64,000 nucleotides of DNA, taken from the NCBI GenBank assembly GCA_041687355.1, contig JAWLCD010000011.1:2217-66216 (forward strand). Reading direction: 5' to 3'. The notes under the pieces were generated by a model that had not been told where the DNA came from, did not search any database, and saw only the letters and a list, made by a program, of their open reading frames with translations. The stretch is from Clostridia bacterium (lineage in GTDB: Bacteria; Bacillota; Clostridia; Acetivibrionales; UBA4821). The translations under genes were made by a program, and so were the position numbers. Of the stretch, positions 28,759 through 39,814 are shown in pieces. The stretch's first letter is position 1. Each line of letters opens with the position of its first letter.

Positions 28759-29697
28759 ATGATATCTAAGAAGTACAGCATAATGGACCATTTCTTCTAT
28801 CCTACCGTGATTCTTGTGACGGTTCTTATGCTAATAGTTTTCGCCAGCGCGCGGGGGATGTCTTCAAGGGAATACCTGATGGGTGGAGAAACTACAGGGC
28901 ATAGTATTGATCATCAGATAGGTGATAACAATACACAAGCCTCATCAGCAAACACGAGTGATTTAGCAAAGATATTAAGGCCGTCAAATCAGCCAATAAT
29001 TGCCCCCAGGTTTGATTTTAAATCAGGAGGTACAGGCCTGCCCAAGACCTTTAATAATCCCCGTGATTTGATTGAAGCATACTTCAGCATATTATCAAAG
29101 GCCGAAAACATGGAAGGATGCTGCTCAGGGTGCGGAGCAACAGGATGGGCGCAGGAACCATACCCTATTGCTTATGAAATGCTTTCTCAGGAAATGAAGA
29201 AAACAATGTCTTTTCAGAAGTTTCTAGACTCATTTAGAGGTATTGGACATATGAACCTACTTAAGCTTCATGAAATGAATCAAGCCATAGTAAGTGGGAA
29301 GTCCTATCAGAGATTCTTTGTGGAATTTGAATCCATAGAAAAATCACAGAACAGAAATCTAACCCTGTTTGGTTATTACACTGGTGAACTTATATTACAA
29401 AATGAGGGAGAAAAAGGATGGAAAATCAGACAAATTGGTGTAAGAGGTGAAGATTTTTTATGCAAAGCCTATCATGGGAAATACCCCGATGCGCAAACTG
29501 TGGCCGAGGTAAGCTACCAGATAAGCAGCATATTTAACATAAAACAGGAAGGCAGTATTATTGAATTGCTTGGTCAATCAAAAAGCGGAAGGATTTATAA
29601 ATTGATTTTTACCAGGCTTACCAACGGTTCAGATTATTTAATCAGGTCTTTTGTCCAGAATGATAAAGGAAAATGGGAAGAATCATATATGAACTAG
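28759..29697 (+). CDS. Hypothetical protein with N-terminal TM anchor
   Basis: Single N-terminal TM and extracytoplasmic-looking domain; RBS CAGGAGGTG. Confidence 0.8.
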   Translation: MISKKYSIMDHFFYPTVILVTVLMLIVFASARGMSSREYLMGGETTGHSIDHQIGDNNTQASSANTSDLAKILRPSNQPIIAPRFDFKSGGTGLPKTFNNPRDLIEAYFSILSKAENMEGCCSGCGATGWAQEPYPIAYEMLSQEMKKTMSFQKFLDSFRGIGHMNLLKLHEMNQAIVSGKSYQRFFVEFESIEKSQNRNLTLFGYYTGELILQNEGEKGWKIRQIGVRGEDFLCKAYHGKYPDAQTVAEVSYQISSIFNIKQEGSIIELLGQSKSGRIYKLIFTRLTNGSDYLIRSFVQNDKGKWEESYMN

Positions 29698-29752
29698 GTA
29701 AGGAAGGCAAGTATAGAGTCGGGGTATAGGAACATTGTTCAAGCAAAATCGC

Positions 29753-30385
29753 TCAGCTCCCAAGGTCTTCAAGTACCTGTGCCAATTCCTTTTTAGATTC
29801 TACTTTAATTCCTGATTTGAGTCTGTTACGGTCTTGGGAGCGCAGACTTTTTACCGATATTGGAGTAACTTCCTTCAATGAGACACCGTCTACAGGGGTC
29901 TGATAGTAGATTGCTACCAAGCCGTCCTTGTCTATCAGAACGAAGTGGTCAGGACACTTGGAATGGACTTCCTGATAAATTACAACCTGATTGGGAGAAA
30001 ATTCCTTTAATGTCCAGTCTTTGTATGCCTTCTGCAGTTGATATTCTGTCAGGTTAACCATGTCTTCAGGTACTGATGTATGTTTTTTAATTACATGTCC
30101 GCATACGGTATATCTTTTTTCTGTAATTATTACAGCATCAGGACCTATTATTTTATCTTCAGCTCTTCCACCTTCCACCTTGGTGTCTGACTGAGGTTCA
30201 GGAGCATTGTCCGTATCCGGCCCAGTCTGAGAACGTGAGTCTGTTACGTTCTTGGTTTGGGGTGTGCCGGAGTCAGATTTAGATTGGTTTTCCCTCCAGT
30301 ATAGATCAAGAGAGAAGTAAACCACCATTGCAAGTAGTATAATGAGAAGACTCAACATCTTGTGAGGAGGGTGCCTCCGAATCAT
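29753..30385 (-). CDS. BofC C-terminal domain protein, intermembrane space-type
   Basis: YQLQKAYKDWTLKEFSPNQVVIYQEVHSKCPDHFVLIDKDGLVAIYYQ. Confidence 0.75.
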   Translation of the reverse strand: MIRRHPPHKMLSLLIILLAMVVYFSLDLYWRENQSKSDSGTPQTKNVTDSRSQTGPDTDNAPEPQSDTKVEGGRAEDKIIGPDAVIITEKRYTVCGHVIKKHTSVPEDMVNLTEYQLQKAYKDWTLKEFSPNQVVIYQEVHSKCPDHFVLIDKDGLVAIYYQTPVDGVSLKEVTPISVKSLRSQDRNRLKSGIKVESKKELAQVLEDLGS

Positions 30386-30482
30386 ATAACCATCCCATTC
30401 CCTGAAAAAAGTTATTTGGCTGTATTTTTTCCCTCAAATGGGCCACTTATACATATGGTTCGTAATTAATCGGGAACGCCTG

Positions 30483-32837
30483 CTATCTGCTAATTGCCGG
30501 TATAACCTTGAATCTGTTCTTATATACCTTAATATTAATGCCTCCATCAAGGTCGGTCCTATATAAACGGGAACCGGATAATTCTATTCGGTTGATTGTC
30601 TCGGGAGATGGATGCCCAAAATTATTCTTTCCTGTACTTACTATGCATACAGATGGAGAGATGGCTTTCAGAAAGTCTAGGGATGTAGAGTTCTTGGAAC
30701 CATGATGGGCAACCTTAAGTATATCCGAGTCCAGATGGGATATTGAACCCAGGATATGTCTCTCGGCGTTAGTCTCAATATCTCCGGTAAAAAGGATACT
30801 TGTATTCCTGTATACCAACCTTATAACAGTTGAGTTATTATTGAGAATTGAGTCTCTGCCAAATAGATTTTCATCTCCAGGGTGAAGCACTTGGAATTCA
30901 GTGCCATCAATGCTTAAACGGTCTCCTTTCGATACAATATATATTTTGGTTTTCCTTTGGCTGCACAGTTTTATAAGGCTATCAAGGTCTGCATTTGGCT
31001 GAAACTGTGGGCCCATGACAAGCTGTTTAACCCTGAGGGTTTTAACTACACTGATTAGCCCCTGTATGTGGTCACCATGGGGGTGGGAAAGCATAGCAAG
31101 GTCAACCGAGGATGATCCATTATCTAGAAGAAAGGGAATGATAGTGCTGCCAGGGTCAAAATTACCCATGCTTCCTGGATATGTACCTCCTCCGTCAATG
31201 AGGCAGGTCTTACCTGAAGGGGTCTTTATTATTGTACAATCACCCTGGCCTATATCTAAAAATGTAATTTCAAGCGGGCGGGGCAGGGAGTAAGAAATCA
31301 ACAGGAATATTACTGCTGCAGCCGCAGCTATGTATGATATTTTAGGAAAATGAGGCCCCGGTTTTTTGAAAGGGATGTATTTCAGCAGTGCATAGAGTAC
31401 AGTATAATAAAACAGAATAAACAATAGGCTGGGAGTGATAACCTGAATAGAGGCAAAGGGAAGGCTTGAAGATACTTCAGATACCCAGAGCATGAATGAT
31501 AGGAAAAAGTAATTCAACCCTCCCAGCAGCTGTGAAATGAAAATTGATACCTGTCCGGCAATGCTCATAACAAAACCGATTATGGTTACAATTCCGGTAA
31601 CAGGAACTACTACAATATTTGAGATGATAGCAATCAGCGAAATCTTGTTGAAGTAGAGAGCAACTATAGGGTTGACCGTAAGCTGTGCCGCCAAAGATAC
31701 CGACATAACATCATTAATAACACGAGGCAGAAAGCTGAAGAAATTAGCCAGCCTTTTATAAAAGAGTACTATACCGGTTGTTCCGGCGAAAGATAGCTGA
31801 AATCCGATATCGTAAATGCAAAGAGGGTTGAATAAGAGAATAGCCAGACATGCAGCTGATATGCTGTTAAGTGCATCACTCTTTCGCTGGAATATTCCTG
31901 CTGACAGGAGCATCATACCCATTATTCCAGCCCGGACAACAGGGGGGGACGAACCGGTTATAAGTACAAATAAAACAAGAACTGCCATAGTAATAAGATT
32001 TGAGAGCGGTTGGCCTACTCGTAATATTCCCAGCAGGAATATACAGGCTCCAGCTATGTAAGCCACGTTTGCACCTGATACACAGAGTATATGAGTCAGC
32101 CCGCTGTCGTTAAAGTTTTGTTTGACCTCTTCGGACAAGCCGCTTCGCTCTCCGATAACCAAACCCTTGAGCAGTCCTGCATGTTCAGCGGGGAGGGATA
32201 AGTCAACCATACTTATGATTCTGTCTCGAAGATACAGGCTGAACCTGATAAGAGGATTTATATCTCCCTGACCCGGGCTCATAATGTCCGAGGGAAAGGT
32301 TATTATTGACGAATAAATATTCTGGGAAGACAGGAAGCGCCTGTAGTCAAATGCACCGGCATTCCTGGCCCGGGAAGGCATCATGCTCTTTCCCGCTCCC
32401 TTTATAATATCACCATACCTGTATAATTTTTTCGAGTGCTCAGGACCATACACTGATAAAAGTGCTCTGGAATTTATATTCACAGCCTTTTTATTGTTAG
32501 AAATCCTTTTTACATCAACCACGTAACTGGTCTTATTTTCCCTGACATCCGGCGGAGATACAACTCTGGCCTCAAAATAGACCCTCTGATTTGAAAAGGG
32601 TTCAAAACGGGTTGATGGCAGGGCTGACTTGTAATATGAATAGACAGCCCCAAAGGAGAATACGACAATTGCCAGGGCAGATAGAAGATAGAGGTTTTGT
32701 CTTTTCAGGGCAAAAAGTACAAAGCAGACTGGAACAAGCAGCATTAGAATACTGATAGATACCCAGCTGAAAAACTGTCCATACATTATTCCAAGAGAAT
32801 ATATGCATGTTAAAGCGATAAGGGGTCTTTTCTTCAT
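30483..32837 (-). CDS. comEC: ComEC/Rec2 DNA internalization protein
   Basis: Competence domain (GLVIGERSGLSEEVKQNFNDSGLTHILCVSGANVAYI) plus metallo-beta-lactamase domain (DIGQGDCTIIKTPSG; SHPHGDHIQGL). Confidence 0.95.
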   Translation of the reverse strand: MKKRPLIALTCIYSLGIMYGQFFSWVSISILMLLVPVCFVLFALKRQNLYLLSALAIVVFSFGAVYSYYKSALPSTRFEPFSNQRVYFEARVVSPPDVRENKTSYVVDVKRISNNKKAVNINSRALLSVYGPEHSKKLYRYGDIIKGAGKSMMPSRARNAGAFDYRRFLSSQNIYSSIITFPSDIMSPGQGDINPLIRFSLYLRDRIISMVDLSLPAEHAGLLKGLVIGERSGLSEEVKQNFNDSGLTHILCVSGANVAYIAGACIFLLGILRVGQPLSNLITMAVLVLFVLITGSSPPVVRAGIMGMMLLSAGIFQRKSDALNSISAACLAILLFNPLCIYDIGFQLSFAGTTGIVLFYKRLANFFSFLPRVINDVMSVSLAAQLTVNPIVALYFNKISLIAIISNIVVVPVTGIVTIIGFVMSIAGQVSIFISQLLGGLNYFFLSFMLWVSEVSSSLPFASIQVITPSLLFILFYYTVLYALLKYIPFKKPGPHFPKISYIAAAAAVIFLLISYSLPRPLEITFLDIGQGDCTIIKTPSGKTCLIDGGGTYPGSMGNFDPGSTIIPFLLDNGSSSVDLAMLSHPHGDHIQGLISVVKTLRVKQLVMGPQFQPNADLDSLIKLCSQRKTKIYIVSKGDRLSIDGTEFQVLHPGDENLFGRDSILNNNSTVIRLVYRNTSILFTGDIETNAERHILGSISHLDSDILKVAHHGSKNSTSLDFLKAISPSVCIVSTGKNNFGHPSPETINRIELSGSRLYRTDLDGGINIKVYKNRFKVIPAISR

Positions 32838-32910
32838 ATTTCCTCACTTAATAAAAAATAGAGACATCAGAATCCCGATATCTCTATCTCTAGTATTCAA
32901 ATATAATTAT

Positions 32911-34368
32911 TTACTTAACAAAGGTTCTTCCTGTAACATATGCGTTATTATAGAATCCCTCACTTAAGGAACTTATTTTTACTACCCTTCCATTACTGGA
33001 TGATGATGCATGAATAAATTTACCGTTTCCTATGTAAATTCCTACGTGATTAACCTTCTTAGTCTTGCCTCCATTGGTATCAAAACATACCAGGTCACCT
33101 GGCTGAAGCTTGGCCTTCGGAACATATTTTCCTTGCTTGGCCTGAGCGGTTGACACTCTCTCCAGGTTAATACCGAACTTCTTAAAGACGTAACTGGTAA
33201 ACCCTGAGCAGTCAAATCCACTTGGAGAACTTCCGCCATACCTGTATCGAACTCCTAGAAAATTTCGGGAGTATAGAACCATTCTGTTTCTCAGAGTGAC
33301 GGCCGTGGCAGCAGCACTGGATGCCTCACTATTAATGCTGGGTATTTTTCCGGCGTATGTTGAAGAGACATTGACATAACTGCCGTAAACCCAGCCGGTA
33401 GTTCCGCCTGAGGATATTTTATACCACTTCCCCGACTGTCCAAGAATATGTACATCCTTGTTTGTAAGACTGGTAATAATATTGGCATTGGTTGTAGGCT
33501 TAGACCGTATATTCACATCCGTACCGTCAATTTTGGCAGGTATCTTTTCTGAGGTAGTATTTTCACTGGAAGCTGATTTCACAGCTGAAGCAGAATTGGA
33601 TGCAACCTTGACAAAGCTGCCGTAAACCCAGCCGGTAATTTTACCAGAAGATATTTTATACCACTCACCCGACTGTCCGACAATATCGACATCCTTATTG
33701 GAGAGAGTGGAAACGATTGCAGCACTAGTTGTAGGTTTTGACCTTATATTTACGTCTGTACCATCAATTTTTCCGGGTTTCTTTGATGAAGAATTTTCAG
33801 CTGTTTTCTCAGTACTGGATGCCGACAGGGTCCGGCTTGAAAGTGCAGGAGTTGATAATGAAACAAAATCATTTTTTACCCAACCTATGGTCTTGTCAAA
33901 GGACACTCTATACCAGTCTCCTGAAGAACTGACTACCTTTACCTGCTTATCGGATACACTGGTAAGTATCTGAGATGTAAGCGTAGGCTTGGTCCTTATA
34001 TTGACATTAGTTCCTTTTATTACAGCGTCCTGTGTCTTGACAATTGTTGATTTGGAACTATCATCTGAGGAATTTTCTGACTGGGGCAGCTGTTTGATAT
34101 CTGTTACATAATCAAACCTCACCCATCCTTTAACGTCTCCGGAACTTATATTATACCAGTCTCCTGAATTCCGCAGGATACTAACCTTTTTATTTGAAAT
34201 TGAACCCAGTACATCTGAGGAAGTTGTAGGTTTTGACCTGACATTTACATTTGTTCCCTTGATATACCCTGTATAATTTGCAGATACTTCTAATACATTG
34301 ACAGATAGGACGAAGACAATTACAAGAACTGTAACAAAGCTTAGAATACCTTTTCTAAAAGTAAACAT
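32911..34368 (-). CDS. Secreted cell-wall hydrolase: four SH3b repeats + NlpC/P60
   Basis: Four NVNVRSKPTTSS/NVNIRSKPTT repeats; C-terminal GVRYRYGGSSPSGFDCSGFTSYVF...NHVGIYIGNGKFIHASS. Confidence 0.95.
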   Translation of the reverse strand: MFTFRKGILSFVTVLVIVFVLSVNVLEVSANYTGYIKGTNVNVRSKPTTSSDVLGSISNKKVSILRNSGDWYNISSGDVKGWVRFDYVTDIKQLPQSENSSDDSSKSTIVKTQDAVIKGTNVNIRTKPTLTSQILTSVSDKQVKVVSSSGDWYRVSFDKTIGWVKNDFVSLSTPALSSRTLSASSTEKTAENSSSKKPGKIDGTDVNIRSKPTTSAAIVSTLSNKDVDIVGQSGEWYKISSGKITGWVYGSFVKVASNSASAVKSASSENTTSEKIPAKIDGTDVNIRSKPTTNANIITSLTNKDVHILGQSGKWYKISSGGTTGWVYGSYVNVSSTYAGKIPSINSEASSAAATAVTLRNRMVLYSRNFLGVRYRYGGSSPSGFDCSGFTSYVFKKFGINLERVSTAQAKQGKYVPKAKLQPGDLVCFDTNGGKTKKVNHVGIYIGNGKFIHASSSSNGRVVKISSLSEGFYNNAYVTGRTFVK

Positions 34369-34383
34369 TCTTACCTCCTGTTT

Positions 34384-34500
34384 TCGTAGCCTCCGGAGTT
34401 AGCTGACGGGTTCGGGAAAGGCGGTACATACCCTACCGTATCAAACGGATTCACCCCAATATGGTTCCCCCGTACCCTTAATAGGGACTAGGCTATATAG
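34384..34500 (-). promoter_or_regulatory. c-di-AMP (ydaO/yuaA) riboswitch
   Basis: Minus strand reads GGGTACGGGGGAACCATATTGGGGTGAATCC...CCCGAACCCGTCAGCTAACTCCGGAGGCTACG directly upstream of the NlpC/P60 gene. Confidence 0.95.
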
Positions 34501-34927
34501 ACACAACAAATTATGCTCTCTAGCCTGAAAGCATAATTCTGTTTAATTTACTGTTTCATATAACACTACAGGTATATTTCAAAATGATTACATTTTTATT
34601 CTAGTACTCAGTAATCTGCTTGTCAATATTCCGGATATGTTGAAAAAACATTAAATATGAAGTTATTACTCGAAAAACTCCTTATTCTGGTTATAAGCAT
34701 ATATTTAGTCTTAATTTCATTATATTTTCTGAAGAAGCAAACGTCACAGAAAATTAAATCAATTAAAGAGGTTTACATATCCGACAAATATGATAAAATA
34801 TATTGGATTACCTATATGTGTAAATAATGGAGGTGTGTGCCTGGGAAAATAATTTTTTCGGCAGGTTTTAATGAGTGTTTTCATAAGAAGCCTAATCTTG
34901 ATAATTAAGACGGGAGGAGAAAGTAAT

Positions 34928-35287
34928 ATGAAAGTAACTGTAAATGAAAAGCCGTTTGAAATGAAAATTGCTGATTTTAATAGTGAAAAAAAGATGATTG
35001 ACCAGTTTACTCAAGACAGCATGAAGCATGTAGGAATCTGCGCGTTACTTCGGTTTGGTGCAGGATTCCTAGGTGCGCAGGTGCTTCTGAATCAATTTCA
35101 GAGTGCATTTAGTGTTTGGCCAGTGCCTATGCTCTACGGGATGGAAATACAATTCACCATTTTTGCCTTGATACTTGGACTTTTGGTCGCTCTAGGTCCT
35201 ATCATGGTAACCGGGATTGGTGTCTATAACAAGTACCAGGAAGTAGGCGTTGGAGCAGCGGTGCTGAAGAGATTATTAAAGTGGTAG
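34928..35287 (+). CDS. Hypothetical small membrane protein
   Basis: Two TM segments; RBS GGGAGGAGAAAG upstream of MKVTVNEK. Confidence 0.8.
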   Translation: MKVTVNEKPFEMKIADFNSEKKMIDQFTQDSMKHVGICALLRFGAGFLGAQVLLNQFQSAFSVWPVPMLYGMEIQFTIFALILGLLVALGPIMVTGIGVYNKYQEVGVGAAVLKRLLKW

Positions 35288-35570
35288 AATATTTTTACGG
35301 CGCAGTCAACTATATGGCTGTGCCATATTTTTTTGTATATATGCCTAATTCGCAGGTATAGAATCCAGTAACTTCACCTTCTGTTACAGGGGAAATGAAT
35401 TAACAAGCATCTAGTTTATCTTAGATTTTGCAGCCCTTATGAGCGGTTAATTTATTTTCACTGTAATACTACAAACTACTAGTCAACTCAAACTATAGTA
35501 TTTACTTATCGAAGTATGAGTAATAATATATTGAACTAGAGAGAATAAACCAACTTCAGGGTGTAGAAGA

Positions 35571-36641
35571 ATGAAGATAGGATTAAAATTATTAGTGGGG
35601 CTATTGGCGTTAGCATTACTTGCTGTATTAATAACAACAAACCCCCAGAGCCCAGACAAACCGGAGGATGATACTGAACAGCCGATGGAAGCACAAGGTA
35701 TTAGTATGAGCTTTGTAGGAGACATACTTCTCGCTTCCCATGTTCAGAGTGGAGTAAACCGGTTCGGTGCCAATCATCCCTTTGAAAAAGTGAAACCGCT
35801 TTTGAGTTCTAGCGATTTTACAGTAGGCAATCTTGAGAGCGCAGTGGGAATGGGTGGAATTCCCCAGCCTGACAAGGAATACACCTTTAGGGCAGACCCG
35901 ATGGTTCTTGAGGGAGTCAAATGGTCAGGTATAGATGTATTAAGTATAGCCAATAACCATGTGTTAGATTTTGGTTCTGAGGTCTTTGACCAGACACTGA
36001 ATAACATAAGCTCCAGTAATCTTCACTACGTAGGAGGAGGAAGAAATCGTGCAGAAGCATTCAGTCCGGTTATACTAGAAAAGGGAGACAAGAAGATTGC
36101 TGTTTTTGCAGCCAGCCGGGTGGTGCCGGATGTAAGCTGGCACGCCGGGGAGAATTCACCCGGGGTAGCAGGAGTGTATGACCCCCGGAAGCTTGTAGAA
36201 GGAATAGATTATGTGAGGCAGCAGTCTGACCACATTGTAGTTTATCTTCACTGGGGAACTGAAAGAGAGACGTTACCAGGATCCTACCAAAGGAGGCTGG
36301 CCAGGCAGTTGATTGACAGCGGGGCGGACGTGGTAGTCGGAACTCATCCTCATGTACTCCAAGGCTTTGAATTCTATAACCATGGACTCATTGCATACAG
36401 CCTGGGCAATTTTGTATTTACAAACCTGGAGAACGATACTCTCATACTAACCGTAAACTTCGGAGATGAGGGAATAGAATCCTCGAGTATCATTCCCTGT
36501 ATGATCAGGAATTACAGACCTGAACCGATAAAGGATATCAATCGTATTGAGGAATTCTATAAAATGATTGAAGGCAGATCGTTCGGAGTAGGGGTGCAGG
36601 ATGGAAAGCTGGTTGACAGGGGTATTGGAGAAGGTTTCTAA
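35571..36641 (+). CDS. CapA family (poly-gamma-glutamate synthesis-type) metallophosphatase-like protein
   Basis: MSFVGDILLASHV; ANNHVLDFGSEVF; VVYLHWGTERE; GTHPHVLQGFE. Confidence 0.92.
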   Translation: MKIGLKLLVGLLALALLAVLITTNPQSPDKPEDDTEQPMEAQGISMSFVGDILLASHVQSGVNRFGANHPFEKVKPLLSSSDFTVGNLESAVGMGGIPQPDKEYTFRADPMVLEGVKWSGIDVLSIANNHVLDFGSEVFDQTLNNISSSNLHYVGGGRNRAEAFSPVILEKGDKKIAVFAASRVVPDVSWHAGENSPGVAGVYDPRKLVEGIDYVRQQSDHIVVYLHWGTERETLPGSYQRRLARQLIDSGADVVVGTHPHVLQGFEFYNHGLIAYSLGNFVFTNLENDTLILTVNFGDEGIESSSIIPCMIRNYRPEPIKDINRIEEFYKMIEGRSFGVGVQDGKLVDRGIGEGF

Positions 36642-36747
36642 GAGCCGAACCCAGAAATATAATCATTTACGAGTTAAAGTTACAGCCATACAAATATTGA
36701 CTGTTTAATATTTTTAAAGTATAATCAGTTCAATCATAATATGGTTA

Positions 36748-37004
36748 AAACGTTGACGGGGAAGAGTATATTGAGTATGCCTGCCTGAAGAGAGCCGGGC
36801 AAGGTGAAATCCGGCGGAGGCTGTCAATAGAAAATCACCCCCGAGTGCCTTACGAAAGGTTTAACGAGTAGAAACGGCCGCTGACTGCGTTAAGGTCAAA
36901 TGAGAGAGTGGAAGGACATATGTTTTTTCCTTCACTAATGTGGGTGGTACCACGAGAGCCTGGCTCTACGTCCCTGTTATGACGTAGGGTCTTTATTATT
37001 ATAT
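36748..37004 (+). promoter_or_regulatory. T-box leader (tRNA-Ile specific) with terminator
   Basis: AATGTGGGTGGTACCACG; candidate specifier AUC at 36809-36811 (GGUGAAAUCCGG); terminator CTACGTCCCTGTTATGACGTAGGGTCTTTATT. Confidence 0.94.
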
Positions 37005-37024
37005 AAAGAGGAGAGATGATAGGA

Positions 37025-39814
37025 ATGGACTATAGTAAAACACTGAATCTTCCACATACTGATTTTCCCATGAGGGCTAATCTTCCCGAAAGGGAACCTG
37101 AGTATCTTAAAATGTGGGATGAAAAAGACATTTACAAGAAGTCGTTGGAGATGAACAAGGGGAAGCAGTCCTATATTCTTCATGACGGTCCCCCTTATGC
37201 CAATGGCGATATTCATATAGGGCATGCTCTAAACAAGGTGCTAAAGGATATAGTAGTCAAATTTAAATCTATGGACGGTTATTATTCTCCATATGTACCC
37301 GGTTGGGATACACATGGACTGCCAATCGAACAGCAGGCCATAAAGAAACTCGGTATCAACAGACACGAAGTTGATCCGGTTGAATTCAGAAATGCATGCA
37401 GGGAATTTGCACTTGGCTATGTAGATAGACAAAGGGAACAGTTCAAGAGACTGGGGGTCAGAGGTGACTGGTATAATCCTTATCTTACCCTTGCGCCTGA
37501 GTTTGAAGCAACACAGGTAGAGGTATTTGGCGAGATGGCCCAAAAGGGATATATATATAAGGGCCTCAAGCCTGTATACTGGTGTGCAGACTGTGAAACT
37601 GCTCTGGCCGAAGCTGAGATTGAATATGCCGAAGACAGGTCAAAATCAATATATGTTAAATTCGACCTTATTGATGATAAGAAGGTTTTCGGAAATGTGG
37701 CCGGAGATAGCAAAATATCCTTTGTAATATGGACTACTACAACATGGACTCTTCCCGGAAACCTTGCAATTTGTCTGAATGCTGATTTTGATTATGCTCT
37801 TGTGAAGGCTGGTAAAGAGGCATATGTACTGGCTGATAAGCTTGTTGAGGACGTAATGACGTCAGCTGGTATAGACAGCTATAATGTTGTTGCAAGGTAT
37901 AAGGGAAGCGAACTGGAGGGAATGAGATGCTGGCATCCATTCCTTGAGAGGGAATCAGTAGTGATACTTGGTGAGCATGTTACCCTTGAAGCCGGAACCG
38001 GTTGTGTTCATACCGCTCCCGGACATGGTGAGGAAGACTTCGAGGTTTGCAGGAAATATAATCTTCCGGTAATTGTACCGGTGGATAATAAAGGACACTT
38101 AAATGAACTGGCTGGTAAATTCAGCGGGCTGTTCTATGCAAAGTCCAACAAAGCCATAATCGAAGAACTTAAATCAACAGGACATCTGCTTGCCGAAGTT
38201 GAAATAATACATCAGTACCCTCACTGTTGGAGGTGCAAGAACCCTGTTCTTTTCAGGGCAACAGAGCAGTGGTTCGCATCCATTGACGGTTTCAGGAAAC
38301 AGGCACTTGAAGCAATAAAAGATGTTGAATGGATTCCAGCCTGGGGAGAAGAGAGAATTACTAATATGGTAAGAGACAGGGGAGATTGGTGTATATCGCG
38401 TCAAAGAAAGTGGGGAGTACCCATACCCATCTTCTACTGCGAGTCCTGTGGCAAGGAGTTGATAAATGACCAGACAATCAGCGCTGTTAAACAGCTGTTC
38501 AGAGAGAAGGGGTCAAATGCCTGGTTTGAAATGGATGCTTCCGACATTGTCCCAAAGGAAGTAACTTGTGAATGCGGAGGAAGAAAATTCCGGAAAGAAA
38601 CTGATACCATGGATGTATGGTTTGATTCAGGCTCGAGTCATGCTGGGGTACTGGAGAATAGGGGTGACCTGAGTTGGCCTGCTGATATGTACCTGGAGGG
38701 AAGTGACCAGCATAGGGGATGGTTTCAGTCCTCGCTCCTGACGTCGGTGGCAGCCAGAGGGAAAGCGCCGTACAGGACTGTATTGACACACGGTTTTACG
38801 GTTGACGGAGAAGGGAAAAAGATGTCCAAATCACTTGGCAATGGAGTGGACCCTATAGAGGTAATCAAGGAGTATGGTGCTGATATATTGAGGCTCTGGG
38901 TTGTTTCTGCAGACTACAGGAATGATGTAAGGATATCCAAGGATATTCTCAAGCAGCTGACCGAGGTTTATAGAAAAATCAGGAATACATGCAGATTTAT
39001 ATTAGGAAATATATATGATTTTAATCCGGACAATGATAGGGTGTCCTACGAGAAGCTTGAGGAGTTGGACAGATGGGCGTTAATGAAGCTTACAAAGCTG
39101 ATAAAACGTGTGACTGAAGCTTATAGAACGCACGACTATCATTTTGTATATCATTCCATACACAACTTCTGTGTAGTAGACATGAGTAATTTCTACCTGG
39201 ATGTGATTAAAGACAGATTGTATACATCGTCTGCAAACTCTCAGGCCAGGAGAGCTGCTCAGACTGCAATGTATGATGTTCTGGATGTTCTGGTAAAGAT
39301 GCTGGCACCTGTACTTGCATTTACCACTGAGGAAATATGGGAGTATATGTCTCACAGCTCCAGCCATGACAGGGAAAGTGTTCAACTTAATCCGTGGCCG
39401 GCTGTAAATGAAAGATACCTTGACGCAGAACTTGAAAAGAAGTGGGATAAGCTGCTGGCAGTAAGGGATGATGTCTCAAAAGCTCTTGAGACGGCAAGGG
39501 CTGAGAAAATAATAGGACACTCGCTGAATGCTGCGGTTACACTGTATGCTGATGAAGACTATTATAAGTTTCTTTCCGGGCTTGAAGACCAGCTTGCAAC
39601 TGTCTTTATTGTCTCGGATGTTAGGGTCCATGAGGTTCACTGCCCGCCTTCAACAAGAATTGTCAAGGGTGAAGCAACAGGTATTGATATATTTGTGGAG
39701 AATGCAGGTGGAGAAAAGTGTGAACGGTGTTGGATATTCAGCGAAGCTGTGGGCAAGAATCAAAAACATCCAACCTTGTGTGAAAGATGCAGCAGTGTGG
39801 TAACAGGATTATGA
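37025..39814 (+). CDS. ileS: Isoleucyl-tRNA synthetase
   Basis: LHDGPPYANGDIHIGHALNKVLKDI; [13 protein letters not shown]; C-terminal Cys4 zinc site CERCWIFSE...CERCSSVV. Confidence 0.98.
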   Translation: MDYSKTLNLPHTDFPMRANLPEREPEYLKMWDEKDIYKKSLEMNKGKQSYILHDGPPYANGDIHIGHALNKVLKDIVVKFKSMDGYYSPYVPGWDTHGLPIEQQAIKKLGINRHEVDPVEFRNACREFALGYVDRQREQFKRLGVRGDWYNPYLTLAPEFEATQVEVFGEMAQKGYIYKGLKPVYWCADCETALAEAEIEYAEDRSKSIYVKFDLIDDKKVFGNVAGDSKISFVIWTTTTWTLPGNLAICLNADFDYALVKAGKEAYVLADKLVEDVMTSAGIDSYNVVARYKGSELEGMRCWHPFLERESVVILGEHVTLEAGTGCVHTAPGHGEEDFEVCRKYNLPVIVPVDNKGHLNELAGKFSGLFYAKSNKAIIEELKSTGHLLAEVEIIHQYPHCWRCKNPVLFRATEQWFASIDGFRKQALEAIKDVEWIPAWGEERITNMVRDRGDWCISRQRKWGVPIPIFYCESCGKELINDQTISAVKQLFREKGSNAWFEMDASDIVPKEVTCECGGRKFRKETDTMDVWFDSGSSHAGVLENRGDLSWPADMYLEGSDQHRGWFQSSLLTSVAARGKAPYRTVLTHGFTVDGEGKKMSKSLGNGVDPIEVIKEYGADILRLWVVSADYRNDVRISKDILKQLTEVYRKIRNTCRFILGNIYDFNPDNDRVSYEKLEELDRWALMKLTKLIKRVTEAYRTHDYHFVYHSIHNFCVVDMSNFYLDVIKDRLYTSSANSQARRAAQTAMYDVLDVLVKMLAPVLAFTTEEIWEYMSHSSSHDRESVQLNPWPAVNERYLDAELEKKWDKLLAVRDDVSKALETARAEKIIGHSLNAAVTLYADEDYYKFLSGLEDQLATVFIVSDVRVHEVHCPPSTRIVKGEATGIDIFVENAGGEKCERCWIFSEAVGKNQKHPTLCERCSSVVTGL

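Noticed and set aside
32911-34368. Tandem repeats in coding DNA resembling a repeat array
   Set aside because: Explained by four SH3b domains of the NlpC/P60 protein.
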